From: Flavobacteriia bacterium
GTDB taxonomy: Bacteria > Bacteroidota > Bacteroidia > Flavobacteriales > Flavobacteriaceae
Assembly: GCA_004293045.1 (NCBI GenBank)
Contig: RDXY01000007.1
Span: forward strand, 475-64,474
Direction of reading: 5' to 3'
Length of the DNA stretch: 64,000 nt
This document shows positions 8,876 to 18,704 of this stretch, in pieces. The notes beneath the pieces were generated by a model. That model did no database searches, was not told where the DNA came from, and saw nothing but the letters and a program-made list of their open reading frames with translations. Both the position numbers and the translations under genes were made by a program. Numbering within the stretch: position 1 is the stretch's first letter; every line of letters begins with the position of its first letter.

Positions 8876-9313
8876 ATGGAAACATTACATTTTACAAGAG
8901 AAATTAACGCCACTACAACAAAAGTTTGGCAGGTTTTATGGGACGATGCAACTTACAGAAAATGGGCAGCCGCTTTTTGTGAAGGATCTTATGCAGTGAG
9001 CGATTGGAACGAAGGGGATAGCGTGCATTTTTTAGATTCTACTGGAAATGGTATTTATAGTAGTATTGATGAAAAAATAGAAAACAAATTAATGTCGTTT
9101 ATACATATTGGAAATTTGCATAATTTTAAAGAAATGCCTTTGGATGAAGAAACAAAATTATGGTGTAACTCTAAAGAAACCTATCGTTTAGACACAGAAA
9201 ATAATCAAACTAAACTAACTGTCACTATTGATGCATTAGAAAACTATGTTGGTTTTTTTAACGAAAGTATGCCGAAAGCATTAGAAATTATTAAAAAGTT
9301 AAGTGAAATCTAA
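8876..9313 (+). CDS. SRPBCC domain protein
   Basis: VWQVLWDDATYRKW, GSYAVSDW; ATG 8876 just after upstream stop. Confidence 0.8.
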   Translation: METLHFTREINATTTKVWQVLWDDATYRKWAAAFCEGSYAVSDWNEGDSVHFLDSTGNGIYSSIDEKIENKLMSFIHIGNLHNFKEMPLDEETKLWCNSKETYRLDTENNQTKLTVTIDALENYVGFFNESMPKALEIIKKLSEI

Positions 9314-9315
9314 AC

Positions 9316-9348
9316 AAAAAAACCGATAGATGACTATCGGTTTTTTTT
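9316..9348. terminator. Bidirectional intrinsic terminator
   Basis: A7-CCGATAG-atga-CTATCGG-T8 between convergent genes. Confidence 0.8.
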
Positions 9349-9577
9349 ATGCTTTTTCGTAACGTTCCATTTCTCGGTCATAAAATTCGCCAGCTAGCGT
9401 AATTAAATGTTCCATTTCGGCTTCTAATTCAGTTTGATCTTCTTCTTCAACATCTTCTAAAAATTCAACTGAATCGTCTTTAAGATTGATAAAAAATCGT
9501 GGATATTCTAAATGTATGACAAAAATATCATCTGGAAAATCAGTGTTGTCTCCTATTACAAATTTTGGTAATTCCAT
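9347..9577 (-). CDS. Small acidic hypothetical protein
   Basis: 76-aa ORF with its own terminator; IFVIHLEYPRF motif and acidic C-terminus. Confidence 0.75.
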   Translation of the reverse strand: MELPKFVIGDNTDFPDDIFVIHLEYPRFFINLKDDSVEFLEDVEEEDQTELEAEMEHLITLAGEFYDREMERYEKA

Positions 9578-9584
9578 ATTTTAA

Positions 9585-9708
9585 AATTTTGAATTTTGAA
9601 TTATAAATTTTGAATTTTCAAAAGTACAAATCTTTTGTCATTCCTCTTTTATCTTTTATCTATTATCTAACAATCTATAATCTAATATCTATTATCTCTT
9701 ATCTATGT
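9585..9708. repeat. Two adjacent 7-bp tandem arrays
   Basis: AATTTTG-type x5 at 9585-9619; TCTWWTA-type x8-9 at 9645-9708 overlapping the MATE stop codon. Confidence 0.75.
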
Positions 9709-11057
9709 AATTTTAAAAGAAATCTAAATCGTAAGTAAAGCATCAATGCAGCAGCTGTTAATCCGGATAATAACCCAATCCAAACGCCTTCTGCTTTCAA
9801 TGAAGTATATAAACCTAAATAAATTGATATTGGAAAACCAATCACCCAATAGGCCACAAAGGTTAAATACATGGGGACTTTTACATCTTGTAAGCCTCTT
9901 AGCGCTCCTAAAACTACCACTTGAATGCCATCTGAAATTTGGAAAAAAGCGGCAATAATTAATAATTTAGACGATACAGAAAGCACTTCTTTTATTTCAG
10001 CTGCATTTAATGCCATTTCTGAATTTACAAAAAACGAAGGAAAAATTTGACTTCCTAACATAAAAACCACTGCAAAAATAACTTCTAAAATAATCGCCAT
10101 TAGAAATATAGAATGGGCTACCGTATTTAGTTTTTTATAGTCATTCAATCCTTTTTGATTGGCCACTCGAATCATAGCCGTAACACTCAATCCCATCGCA
10201 AACATAAAGGTCAACGAAGCCAAACTTAATGCAATTTGATTGGCTGCTTGACTGGTTGTTCCAATCATACCACATAACCAAATGGCGCCTGTAAATAAGG
10301 CCACCTCAAAAAACATTTGTAATGAGGAAGGAATACCTAATTTAATAATTTTATTTGAAACACTTTTTTGAAAAGATTGCCAACCAAAATTCTTGAAAAA
10401 AGATTTAAATTTTTCGTTTTTAGACAATATATAGTGCATATAAATAACCATAAATACACGAGCAATTAATGTTCCAATTGCAGATCCTACAATTCCCATT
10501 TTAGGAAACAAGAACAATCCAAAAACTAGCAATGCATTAATTACTACATTGATAATATTTCCATAAATTGTGGCATACATGGAATATTTGGTTTCACTCA
10601 TACCGTCTGCAAATTGTTTGTAGGCTTGAAAAATAACCAGAGGCACTAATGAGAATCCAACAATATCTAAAAAAGGTTTGGCCAATTTTACTACGTCTGC
10701 TGGTTGGTTCATATAGGACAACAAAGGTTTGGCAAAAAACAACAAAAAGAACAATCCAAAACCTAAAATGGTACATAAAATCAATCCGTTTTGAAAAGCA
10801 GTTCTTCCGCCTTCTCTATCTTTTGTGCTATCAAATTCTGCAATAATTGGCGTGATGGCTGTAGAAAATCCAATTCCAATAGACATGCCAATAAACACAA
10901 AACTATTTCCTAAAGAAACCGCCGCTAATTCTGTAGAACCCAATTGTCCTACAAAAATATTATCTACTACTCCAACTAACGTATGCCCCACCATACCTAA
11001 AATTACAGGTAAAGCTAAATTGAAATTGTATTTGAATTCTTGAATGTATTTTTTCAT
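9699..11057 (-). CDS. MATE family efflux transporter
   Basis: ~12 TM segments, VDNIFVGQLG..LAAVSLG, DGIQVVVLGALRGLQD. Confidence 0.92.
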   Translation of the reverse strand: MKKYIQEFKYNFNLALPVILGMVGHTLVGVVDNIFVGQLGSTELAAVSLGNSFVFIGMSIGIGFSTAITPIIAEFDSTKDREGGRTAFQNGLILCTILGFGLFFLLFFAKPLLSYMNQPADVVKLAKPFLDIVGFSLVPLVIFQAYKQFADGMSETKYSMYATIYGNIINVVINALLVFGLFLFPKMGIVGSAIGTLIARVFMVIYMHYILSKNEKFKSFFKNFGWQSFQKSVSNKIIKLGIPSSLQMFFEVALFTGAIWLCGMIGTTSQAANQIALSLASLTFMFAMGLSVTAMIRVANQKGLNDYKKLNTVAHSIFLMAIILEVIFAVVFMLGSQIFPSFFVNSEMALNAAEIKEVLSVSSKLLIIAAFFQISDGIQVVVLGALRGLQDVKVPMYLTFVAYWVIGFPISIYLGLYTSLKAEGVWIGLLSGLTAAALMLYLRFRFLLKLHR

Positions 11058-11160
11058 TTTGTTATAAAGAGGTTCGCAAAGGTTGGCAGCGTCATACAGA
11101 ATACAAAAAATATTTTTGTGACTCTTAATGTTATTTCTCAGCGTATCTCTGCGTACTGTC

Positions 11161-12531
11161 TTATTTTAATTTTTCTATTAGTTGGTCTAACGAAACTGTT
11201 TCTTGAGCTCCTGAAATCAAATCTTTTATTTTATATTGGTTTTGTTTGATTTCTTCTTCCCCTACTAAAACCGCAAATTGAATGCCTTTTTTCTCAGCAA
11301 ACTGAAATTGTTTTGCCATTTTAGCCGCATCGGGATACATTTCGACTTTAATATTATTTTGTCTTACTTGCGAAATGGCTTTTAATGAAAATAGCGTTTC
11401 AGCTTCCCCAAAATTTATAAATAAGGCTTTTGAAGTGGTAGTTACTGTTTCTGGAAACAAACCTAATTCTTCTAAAACCAAATAAATTCGATCTAATCCG
11501 AAAGATATACCCACACCACTCATATTTTTTAATCCAAAAATTCCGGTTAAATCATCGTAACGACCACCACCACCAATGGAACCCATTGCAACACCAGCTG
11601 GAGCACCTACTTCATAAATGGCACCTGTGTAATAATTTAATCCACGAGCTAACGTAACATCAACATCTAAATTTGCCGATTGTAAACCTAATTCATGTAT
11701 GGCATTACAAATAAATTTCAATTCTTCAACACCTTTTAAACCTTCATTCGAAGATGCTAAAAGCGTGGCTAATTTTTCTATTTTTTCAGGAATGGTTCCT
11801 GTAAAATTGAAAAGCGGCTGTACGTTTTCAATGGCTGCTTCAGAAATACCTTTTTCAAGCATTTCTTTTTTCACACCGTCTTCACCAATTTTATCTAATT
11901 TATCTAACGCAACCGTAAAATCAATTAATTTATCTGAAGCGCCAATTACTTCTGCAATCCCAGATAATATTTTACGATTGTTAATTTTTATGTGTACGCC
12001 TTTTAAACCTAAAGCTGTAAAAATAGTATCGTACAATTGTACAAATTCTACTTCTTGCCAAAGCGAATGGCTTCCTACTACATCGGCATCACATTGAAAA
12101 AATTCTCTAAAACGCCCTTTTTGTGGTCTATCCGCACGCCAAACGGGTTGGATTTGATATCGCTTAAAGGGAAACTCTAATTCGTTTTGATGCTGTACTA
12201 CATAACGCGCGAAAGGCACGGTTAAGTCATAACGCAACGCTTTTTCTGAGATTTGACCGGTAATTTTTTTAGTGTTTTTCACAGATAAATCTTCTACTGA
12301 AACTTTATCTAAATACTCACCTGAATTCAATATTTTAAAAATCAATCTGTCGCCTTCTTCCCCATATTTTCCCATTAAAGTATCCGAATTTTCAAAAGAA
12401 GGGGTTTCAATAGGTTGAAAACCAAACTGTTCAAAATTAGATTTTATGATAGAAAATATATAATTCCGTTTAGCTACTTCTGTAGATGAAAAATCGCGAG
12501 TTCCTTTTGGAATACTTGGTTTGGATGCCAT
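11161..12531 (-). CDS. hisS: Histidine--tRNA ligase
   Basis: [46 protein letters not shown]; ATG 12531. Confidence 0.97.
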   Translation of the reverse strand: MASKPSIPKGTRDFSSTEVAKRNYIFSIIKSNFEQFGFQPIETPSFENSDTLMGKYGEEGDRLIFKILNSGEYLDKVSVEDLSVKNTKKITGQISEKALRYDLTVPFARYVVQHQNELEFPFKRYQIQPVWRADRPQKGRFREFFQCDADVVGSHSLWQEVEFVQLYDTIFTALGLKGVHIKINNRKILSGIAEVIGASDKLIDFTVALDKLDKIGEDGVKKEMLEKGISEAAIENVQPLFNFTGTIPEKIEKLATLLASSNEGLKGVEELKFICNAIHELGLQSANLDVDVTLARGLNYYTGAIYEVGAPAGVAMGSIGGGGRYDDLTGIFGLKNMSGVGISFGLDRIYLVLEELGLFPETVTTTSKALFINFGEAETLFSLKAISQVRQNNIKVEMYPDAAKMAKQFQFAEKKGIQFAVLVGEEEIKQNQYKIKDLISGAQETVSLDQLIEKLK

Positions 12532-12609
12532 AATAGTACTGTGTTGATGTGGCAAATTGCCAATTATCAATTATTGAATTGCAAATATCTTACTTTTAAA
12601 TGGATTCGC

Positions 12610-12769
12610 AAAAATCAATGGGAAAAATCAATGGCAATGGCAAAAATCAATGGCAATAATCAATGGCAATGACAAAAATAAATGGCAATAATCAATGGGG
12701 AAAATCAATGGCAATGGCAATGGCAAAAATCAATGGGAATAATCAATGGGAATGGGAAAAATCAATGGG
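12610..12769. repeat. 160-bp composite tandem array, 10 x AAWAATC-(AATGGS)1-3
   Basis: Units of 13, 19 and 25 bp parsed directly between divergent hisS and ABC permease. Confidence 0.9.
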
Positions 12770-12922
12770 AAGTATAAAATCAAGAATTTTGACAACACAG
12801 ATTTGAGAAATTTTAATAATTTTTATAATTCCTTATATCGGTGTTCCCAAAAAGTAAAATCTATTTTCTAAATTCTTTTCAAAAATCGTGTAACATTTAA
12901 AACAAAAGGTAGTCAAATAAAT

Positions 12923-14164
12923 ATGATTGGATTATTTAAAGAAAATACAAAAATTGCTATTGATTCTATTAGAAGTCAGGCATTACGTACCTTTTTAACA
13001 GTATTTATTATTGTTATTGGGATTACTTTTTTGGTAGGAATTTTAACTTTAACCAAAGCATTAGAAAACAATCTGTTTGGAAATTTTGCTTCAATGGGTG
13101 CCAATACTTTTTCAATAAGTCAGTATGATTTTTCGGAACAAATTAGCCGAAATGATGGTGCTCAAAAAATAAATCCAATTATTAGCTATACACAAGCCAA
13201 GGCATTTAAAGATAAATTTGACTTTCCTTTTACAGCCACTTCATTATCCTTTACTGCTTCAGCGAATGCAGAAGTAAAATTTGACAACAAAAAAACAGAT
13301 CCAGAAATTACCGTTTTAGGAGCTGATGAAAATTTTATTCCAAATAATGGTTTCGACTTGGAATCGGGTAGAAATTTTAATTCATTTGATGTGGATAACA
13401 ATAATTATGTATGTATTGTAGGTGCCAACTTTAAAGATGGGTTGTTTGAAGGTGTAAACCCCATTGACAAAACTATTTCTGTACGAGGTGCTAAATTTAA
13501 AGTAATTGGATTATTGAAAGAAAAAGGGGCAACTTTCGGAAATAATCAAGATTTACGAATTATCCTTCCCATACAAATTGCACGTTCTATTTTTTCGCAG
13601 CCAAATATAAATTATGATATAGCCGTAAAGATTAGTAACAAACAATTATTAGACGAATCCGTTGATAATTCGATAGTAACTATGCGACGTGTTAGAAAAT
13701 TAAATCCGGTTGAGAAAGAAAATTTTGGTATCAAACGCAGCGACGATTTAATTCAGAAATTAGGAGAAAACATAGCCGTAATTAACATTGCAGCAATTGC
13801 CATTGGCGCCATAACTATTTTTGGATCTACAATAGCACTAATGAATATTATGTTGGTTTCCGTTTCAGAAAGAACCCGAGAAATTGGTATAAGAAAGGCG
13901 CTTGGTGCAAAAAGTAGTACCATTGCTTGGCAATTTTTTACAGAAACCTTTGTCATCAGTCAGATTGGTGGAATAATTGGAATAATTTTAGGATTGTTAC
14001 TCGGTACATTAATTGCTTCCGTAGCCGGTTTTGAGTTTGTAATTCCTTGGGCGGCAATAATTGCAGCTTTTGTTACTACATTTATTGTAACTATTATTTC
14101 TGGATTGTATCCTGCAATTAAAGCGTCTAAGTTAGATCCTGTTGAAGCGTTGCGTTATGAATAG
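12923..14164 (+). CDS. ABC transporter permease (MacB/FtsX family)
   Basis: MNIMLVSVSERTREIGIRKALGA; PAIKASKLDPVEALRYE. Confidence 0.92.
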   Translation: MIGLFKENTKIAIDSIRSQALRTFLTVFIIVIGITFLVGILTLTKALENNLFGNFASMGANTFSISQYDFSEQISRNDGAQKINPIISYTQAKAFKDKFDFPFTATSLSFTASANAEVKFDNKKTDPEITVLGADENFIPNNGFDLESGRNFNSFDVDNNNYVCIVGANFKDGLFEGVNPIDKTISVRGAKFKVIGLLKEKGATFGNNQDLRIILPIQIARSIFSQPNINYDIAVKISNKQLLDESVDNSIVTMRRVRKLNPVEKENFGIKRSDDLIQKLGENIAVINIAAIAIGAITIFGSTIALMNIMLVSVSERTREIGIRKALGAKSSTIAWQFFTETFVISQIGGIIGIILGLLLGTLIASVAGFEFVIPWAAIIAAFVTTFIVTIISGLYPAIKASKLDPVEALRYE

Positions 14165-14247
14165 CCCCCTAACCCCCAAAGGGGGAATGAAAGAATTGAG
14201 AAAAATTAGATAACAAAACTTTTAAGTTTTCTTTTCGCATTTGGGGA

Positions 14248-15114
14248 TTAGAAAGCGGCACAAATCATTCTGTCATTACCCATAAAATCTTTACGCAATT
14301 CAATGTTTTTGAAACCTAATTGTTCTAACAATTCAACCGTTTCTTTTCCTAGATATTGATTGATTTCAAAAAACAATTTTCCGTTTGGCGCTAAGCTTTT
14401 CCATGCCAATTGAGCAATTTTTCTATAAAATAATAACGCGTCCAAATCATCTACAAACAAGGCTAAATGCGGTTCGTAATCTAATACATTTCTTTTTATT
14501 TCTTGTTTTTCTAAATTTCGAACATATGGTGGATTGGAAACGATAACATCGAAAAGTAGATTCGAAGATTTGGAGAGTTGAAGAGTTGAAGATTGTAAAA
14601 TATCTTGTTGAATAAAATTCACCTCCACTTGATTATCTAAAGCATTTTTACGAGCCATTTCCAACGCTTTTTCTGAAATATCAATTGCAAAAACAGCAGC
14701 ATTTGGAATTTCTTTTTTCAAAGCAATGGGAATACAACCCGAACCAGTACCAATATCTAAAACCCTTTGCTCTTTACCTTTTTCCTTTAACCCCTTAACT
14801 ATCCATTCTACTAATTCTTCTGTTTCTGGTCTTGGAATTAGTGTGTTTTCATTCACTTCAAATCGCAGACCATAAAACCAGGCTTCACCAGTGATATATT
14901 GAATTGGTTTTTCGGTTTTTAGTTCTGAAATTATAGTTTGCCATTTTTTAACATATGATTCTGTAATTTCAAAATCAGGGTGTAGTGAAACATCCATTCT
15001 TTTTAAATTGTGCAGAAATTCCGTCAAAATAAAAAAGAAACTTTCTATTTCTGCTTCTTCCTGAATGGTTTGCAATTCAGTAAAAAAATACGTTTTTAAA
15101 CTTTTAATATTCAT
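14248..15114 (-). CDS. prmC: Release factor glutamine methyltransferase (HemK)
   Basis: PIQYITG, TLIPRPETEELV, LDIGTGSGCI, SNPPY; ATG 15114. Confidence 0.95.
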   Translation of the reverse strand: MNIKSLKTYFFTELQTIQEEAEIESFFFILTEFLHNLKRMDVSLHPDFEITESYVKKWQTIISELKTEKPIQYITGEAWFYGLRFEVNENTLIPRPETEELVEWIVKGLKEKGKEQRVLDIGTGSGCIPIALKKEIPNAAVFAIDISEKALEMARKNALDNQVEVNFIQQDILQSSTLQLSKSSNLLFDVIVSNPPYVRNLEKQEIKRNVLDYEPHLALFVDDLDALLFYRKIAQLAWKSLAPNGKLFFEINQYLGKETVELLEQLGFKNIELRKDFMGNDRMICAAF

Positions 15115-15184
15115 TTTATATTTTTTAAACATCAATTTACACAAATTAATAGGTGAAAATTTGTGCATATCTGTGTTAAACCGT

Positions 15185-15667
15185 TTACAAATCTTTAATC
15201 ATAAATACATCACAAGTAGTATGTCCTGTGGAACCCATAGGCCCATCTATATAAGTAAAGCCTGATTTTACATATAATTTTTGCGCCTCTTTCATAAAAG
15301 GCAAAGTTTCTATATAGCATTTATCATAACCCACTTGTTTAGCAAAAGTCAAACATTTATGCATTAATTCTTTAGCAATACCCATTCCTCTTGCTTCTTT
15401 TGCTAAATACATTTTTTGTAATTCACATATTTTAATTTCGGCATCCACTAAATTTCCAATTCCACAACCTCCTAAAATAATTTCGTCTTTTTCTACTACA
15501 AAATAAATTTCGTGGTCTTTTTGATATACTTCGAATAAAGTATTTAAATGCGGATCAGCATAGGCAGTTCCTACTTTTGGTGCGTCTAATTCTTCAAAGA
15601 CATTTCGTATCACGGCTGCGATTTGCAAATTGTCTTTAGGTTCAATTTCTCTTATTATATATTTCAT
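15185..15667 (-). CDS. GNAT family N-acetyltransferase
   Basis: CELQKMYL..EARGMGIA, AQKLYVKSGF. Confidence 0.9.
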   Translation of the reverse strand: MKYIIREIEPKDNLQIAAVIRNVFEELDAPKVGTAYADPHLNTLFEVYQKDHEIYFVVEKDEIILGGCGIGNLVDAEIKICELQKMYLAKEARGMGIAKELMHKCLTFAKQVGYDKCYIETLPFMKEAQKLYVKSGFTYIDGPMGSTGHTTCDVFMIKDL

Positions 15668-15704
15668 TTGCTAATATAAAATGTAAAAGTACTAAATTTG
15701 TAAG

Positions 15705-16763
15705 ATGATTGAGCATGAAATATACATGAAACGCTGTTTGCAATTGGCTAAAAATGGTTTAGGTACTACTTATCCTAATCCGTTAGTAGGAAGCGTGATT
15801 GTATACAATGGAAAAATTATTGGGGAAGGTTGGCACAAAAAAGCGGGCGAACCACATGCAGAAGTACTTGCCATTAATTCTGTAAAAAACAAAGAATTAC
15901 TTTCCAAAAGCACTATTTATGTAAGTTTAGAACCGTGTAGTCATTTTGGAAAAACACCACCGTGTGCAAATTTAATTATCGAGCATAAAATTCCGAAAGT
16001 TGTGATTGGTTGTATCGATAGTTTCTCCGAAGTAGCCGGAAAAGGTGTAGAAAAATTAAAACAAGCCGGCTGTGAAGTTGTGCTAAATGTTTTAGAGGCA
16101 GCCTGTTTGAGAATGAATAAACGATTTTTTACATTTCACAATAAAAAACGACCTTATATTATACTAAAATGGGCAGAAACAACAGATGGATTTATTGCCC
16201 CTTTTTTACCCAATCCAAAAACCTCTTTTGCTATATCAAATACCTATTCTAGGCAATTGGTACACAAATATAGAACGGAAGAACAAGCTATTTTAGTTGG
16301 AACTACAACTGTTTTAAATGACAATCCAAATTTAGATGCCAGAGATTGGTTTGGAGAGCATCCCACTAGGATTATTATTGATAAATCTAATAAAATTCAA
16401 GATGGATTTAATGTAAAAAACAAAAAAAATCCGACAATAATTTTTACAGAAGAAGAAAATTGTGTACATTCGATAAATATCGCTTATGAATGCATACAGT
16501 TTGATACTCATTTGATTTCTAATATCTTAACTCATTTATTTGAAAAAAACATTCAATCTGTTATTATCGAAGGCGGCACATTGACCTTGCAACAATTTAT
16601 AAATAACCATTTATGGGATGAAGCAAGGGTTTTTATAGCTGAAACTAAAATTTTAGAAGGCGTAAAACGTCCTGAATTTAATTTTATTCCCGAGAAAACT
16701 ATAAAAATTAAAAATAACCAACTAAAAACATACATAAATTATGATGGAAGCGATAATTTTTGA
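15705..16763 (+). CDS. ribD: Riboflavin biosynthesis deaminase/reductase
   Basis: PNPLVG, HAE, LEPCSHFGKTPPC, IEGG. Confidence 0.95.
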   Translation: MIEHEIYMKRCLQLAKNGLGTTYPNPLVGSVIVYNGKIIGEGWHKKAGEPHAEVLAINSVKNKELLSKSTIYVSLEPCSHFGKTPPCANLIIEHKIPKVVIGCIDSFSEVAGKGVEKLKQAGCEVVLNVLEAACLRMNKRFFTFHNKKRPYIILKWAETTDGFIAPFLPNPKTSFAISNTYSRQLVHKYRTEEQAILVGTTTVLNDNPNLDARDWFGEHPTRIIIDKSNKIQDGFNVKNKKNPTIIFTEEENCVHSINIAYECIQFDTHLISNILTHLFEKNIQSVIIEGGTLTLQQFINNHLWDEARVFIAETKILEGVKRPEFNFIPEKTIKIKNNQLKTYINYDGSDNF

Positions 16764-17343
16764 TTTAGGAGATGTATTTTTAAACTTGAATCATCAAGCA
16801 AGTGTTGATGCGTTTAAAAAATTAGGATTAAATGCTTGGACAGACGATTTAAAAGCCGCTGCAATTTTATTTGAAACAGGTAAAATAGATGAATTGCAAT
16901 TTATGGAAACCATTCAGAAGCACCTACCAGATGCCGAGCTTGTAGAAATTAGAGACGCTTGGAATGCTATTATTGGTGATTTTCCTTTAGAACGATTAGA
17001 ATTTTTAGAAAAACTACAAAACAAGTACGATATATTTTTATTAAGCAATACAAATCCAACACATATTGATACATTTGAACATCGAGTAGGTTTAACTTTT
17101 GCTAGAGAATTTTATGCGCATTTTAATAAAATTTATTTTTCCTACGAAATCAAAGTAAGAAAACCAGATGCAGCTGTTTTTAACTTAATTTTAAAGCAGA
17201 ATAATTTAAATCCAAAAAAAACACTTTTTGTAGATGATACCATAGAACATATTGAAGTTGCCAGAACTTTAGGCATAAATACTTGGCAAATACTTGTAGG
17301 ACAAGAAGATGTAACCAATTTATTCGATAAAAAAATACTTTAA
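16741..17343 (+). CDS. HAD family phosphatase (YihX-like)
   Basis: FDLGDV, LLSNT, RKPD, FVDD. Confidence 0.88.
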   Translation: MMEAIIFDLGDVFLNLNHQASVDAFKKLGLNAWTDDLKAAAILFETGKIDELQFMETIQKHLPDAELVEIRDAWNAIIGDFPLERLEFLEKLQNKYDIFLLSNTNPTHIDTFEHRVGLTFAREFYAHFNKIYFSYEIKVRKPDAAVFNLILKQNNLNPKKTLFVDDTIEHIEVARTLGINTWQILVGQEDVTNLFDKKIL

Positions 17344-17345
17344 AA

Positions 17346-17969
17346 TTGCAAGATTTCCAAATTAAAGACACCTATAAAACCATTAAAATTTCGGTTGAAA
17401 ATATTTTATTTAAAGAAAAAAACAGTAAATTTTTTGGTTATGCTTACCCTATTTCTTCAGAACTTGAAGTTAAAAAACATCTTGACCAATTAAAAACAGA
17501 TCATTTTTCAGCACGCCATTGGTGTTATGCCTATCAAATTGGAACAGAAAATATTAAGTTTAGAGCTAACGATGATGGCGAACCAAGCAATTCAGCTGGA
17601 ATGCCTATATATGGACAAATACAATCCTTTGAAATCACTAATGTATTAGTAGTAGTTGTTCGCTATTTTGGCGGCGTGAAATTAGGCGTTGGTGGATTAA
17701 TTTCAGCTTATAAAACTACGGCTCAACTCACTTTAAATGAAGCAAATATCATTGAAAAAACCATTGACAAACACTTTAAAATTACTTTTGATTATAAAAA
17801 CATGAACAAAGTAATGCGAATTATCAAAGAGAAAAACATTCCAATTGTTCATCAAAAAATGGAAATGAATTGCGAAATTCAGATTGCTACAAGGAAAAAA
17901 AATACCAAAGAAATCGTTGCTATTTTCAAATCTTTATTTGAAATAAAAATTGAAGAAGTTGAGAAATAA
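17346..17969 (+). CDS. YigZ/IMPACT family protein
   Basis: HWCYAY, DDGEPSNSAG, RYFGGVKLGVGGL; TTG start. Confidence 0.9.
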   Translation: MQDFQIKDTYKTIKISVENILFKEKNSKFFGYAYPISSELEVKKHLDQLKTDHFSARHWCYAYQIGTENIKFRANDDGEPSNSAGMPIYGQIQSFEITNVLVVVVRYFGGVKLGVGGLISAYKTTAQLTLNEANIIEKTIDKHFKITFDYKNMNKVMRIIKEKNIPIVHQKMEMNCEIQIATRKKNTKEIVAIFKSLFEIKIEEVEK

Positions 17970-18084
17970 AAAATTAGTAATACTATTTTTTTGTGGAGAA
18001 ATTAAAAGTAAATTTTACAAAAAAATCCTCAGATATCGTTCCTTTTAAGCTTTATTTACAATCGGTCAATATTAGTTTAATCCG

Positions 18085-18489
18085 TTATAATATTTCACTA
18101 ATTTTATCAGAAACGTATTTTGGTGGTACAATTGGTCTTCCCGTTTTCATATCAACAAAAACAAGCATCGAATAGCCGGTGGTTAACAATTGATTTTGCT
18201 CATTATATATTTCGTAATCAAATTCTATTTTTACAGTGCTCTGACTTTTAAGTTTAGTTTTTATTCGTAAAATATCATCATAACGAGCTGGTTTTTTATA
18301 ATTTAATTCAAGAGAAACTACCGGGAGCATTACGCCGTTTTCTTCCATCCATTTATAGGAAATTCCTAAATTTCTTAGCCATTCTACTCTACCCATTTCA
18401 AAATATTGAGCATAATTTCCGTGATATACCACTCCCATTTGATCGGTTTCTGCATACCTAACTCGTACAATAATTTCTTGTTCTCTCAT
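18085..18489 (-). CDS. YbgC/FadM family acyl-CoA thioesterase
   Basis: RVRYAETDQMGVVYHGNY. Confidence 0.9.
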   Translation of the reverse strand: MREQEIIVRVRYAETDQMGVVYHGNYAQYFEMGRVEWLRNLGISYKWMEENGVMLPVVSLELNYKKPARYDDILRIKTKLKSQSTVKIEFDYEIYNEQNQLLTTGYSMLVFVDMKTGRPIVPPKYVSDKISEIL

Positions 18490-18704
18490 TATATTATTTA
18501 TATTTATGGCTTAAAATTTTTATATTTCATAATTTAAAAAAAGACATATACAATAATATTTTTTAAATTACAATAGCTTTTGATTTTTTTTAAAATAATT
18601 TTGTTCACATATTTGCTCTCCCAATAATAATCTACACAAAAATAAAGATTTACTCTTATTTTTCTCAAATTAGGTTTAGAAAATTTTAAAAATTACAACA
18701 AATT

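Noticed and set aside
11134-11160. CTCAGCGTAT CTCTGCGTAC duplication after hisS
   Set aside because: Only two imperfect units; too short to separate from chance
12610-12769. Possible CRISPR array
   Set aside because: Units are contiguous 6-7-bp words with no unique spacers, and there are no cas genes in the window
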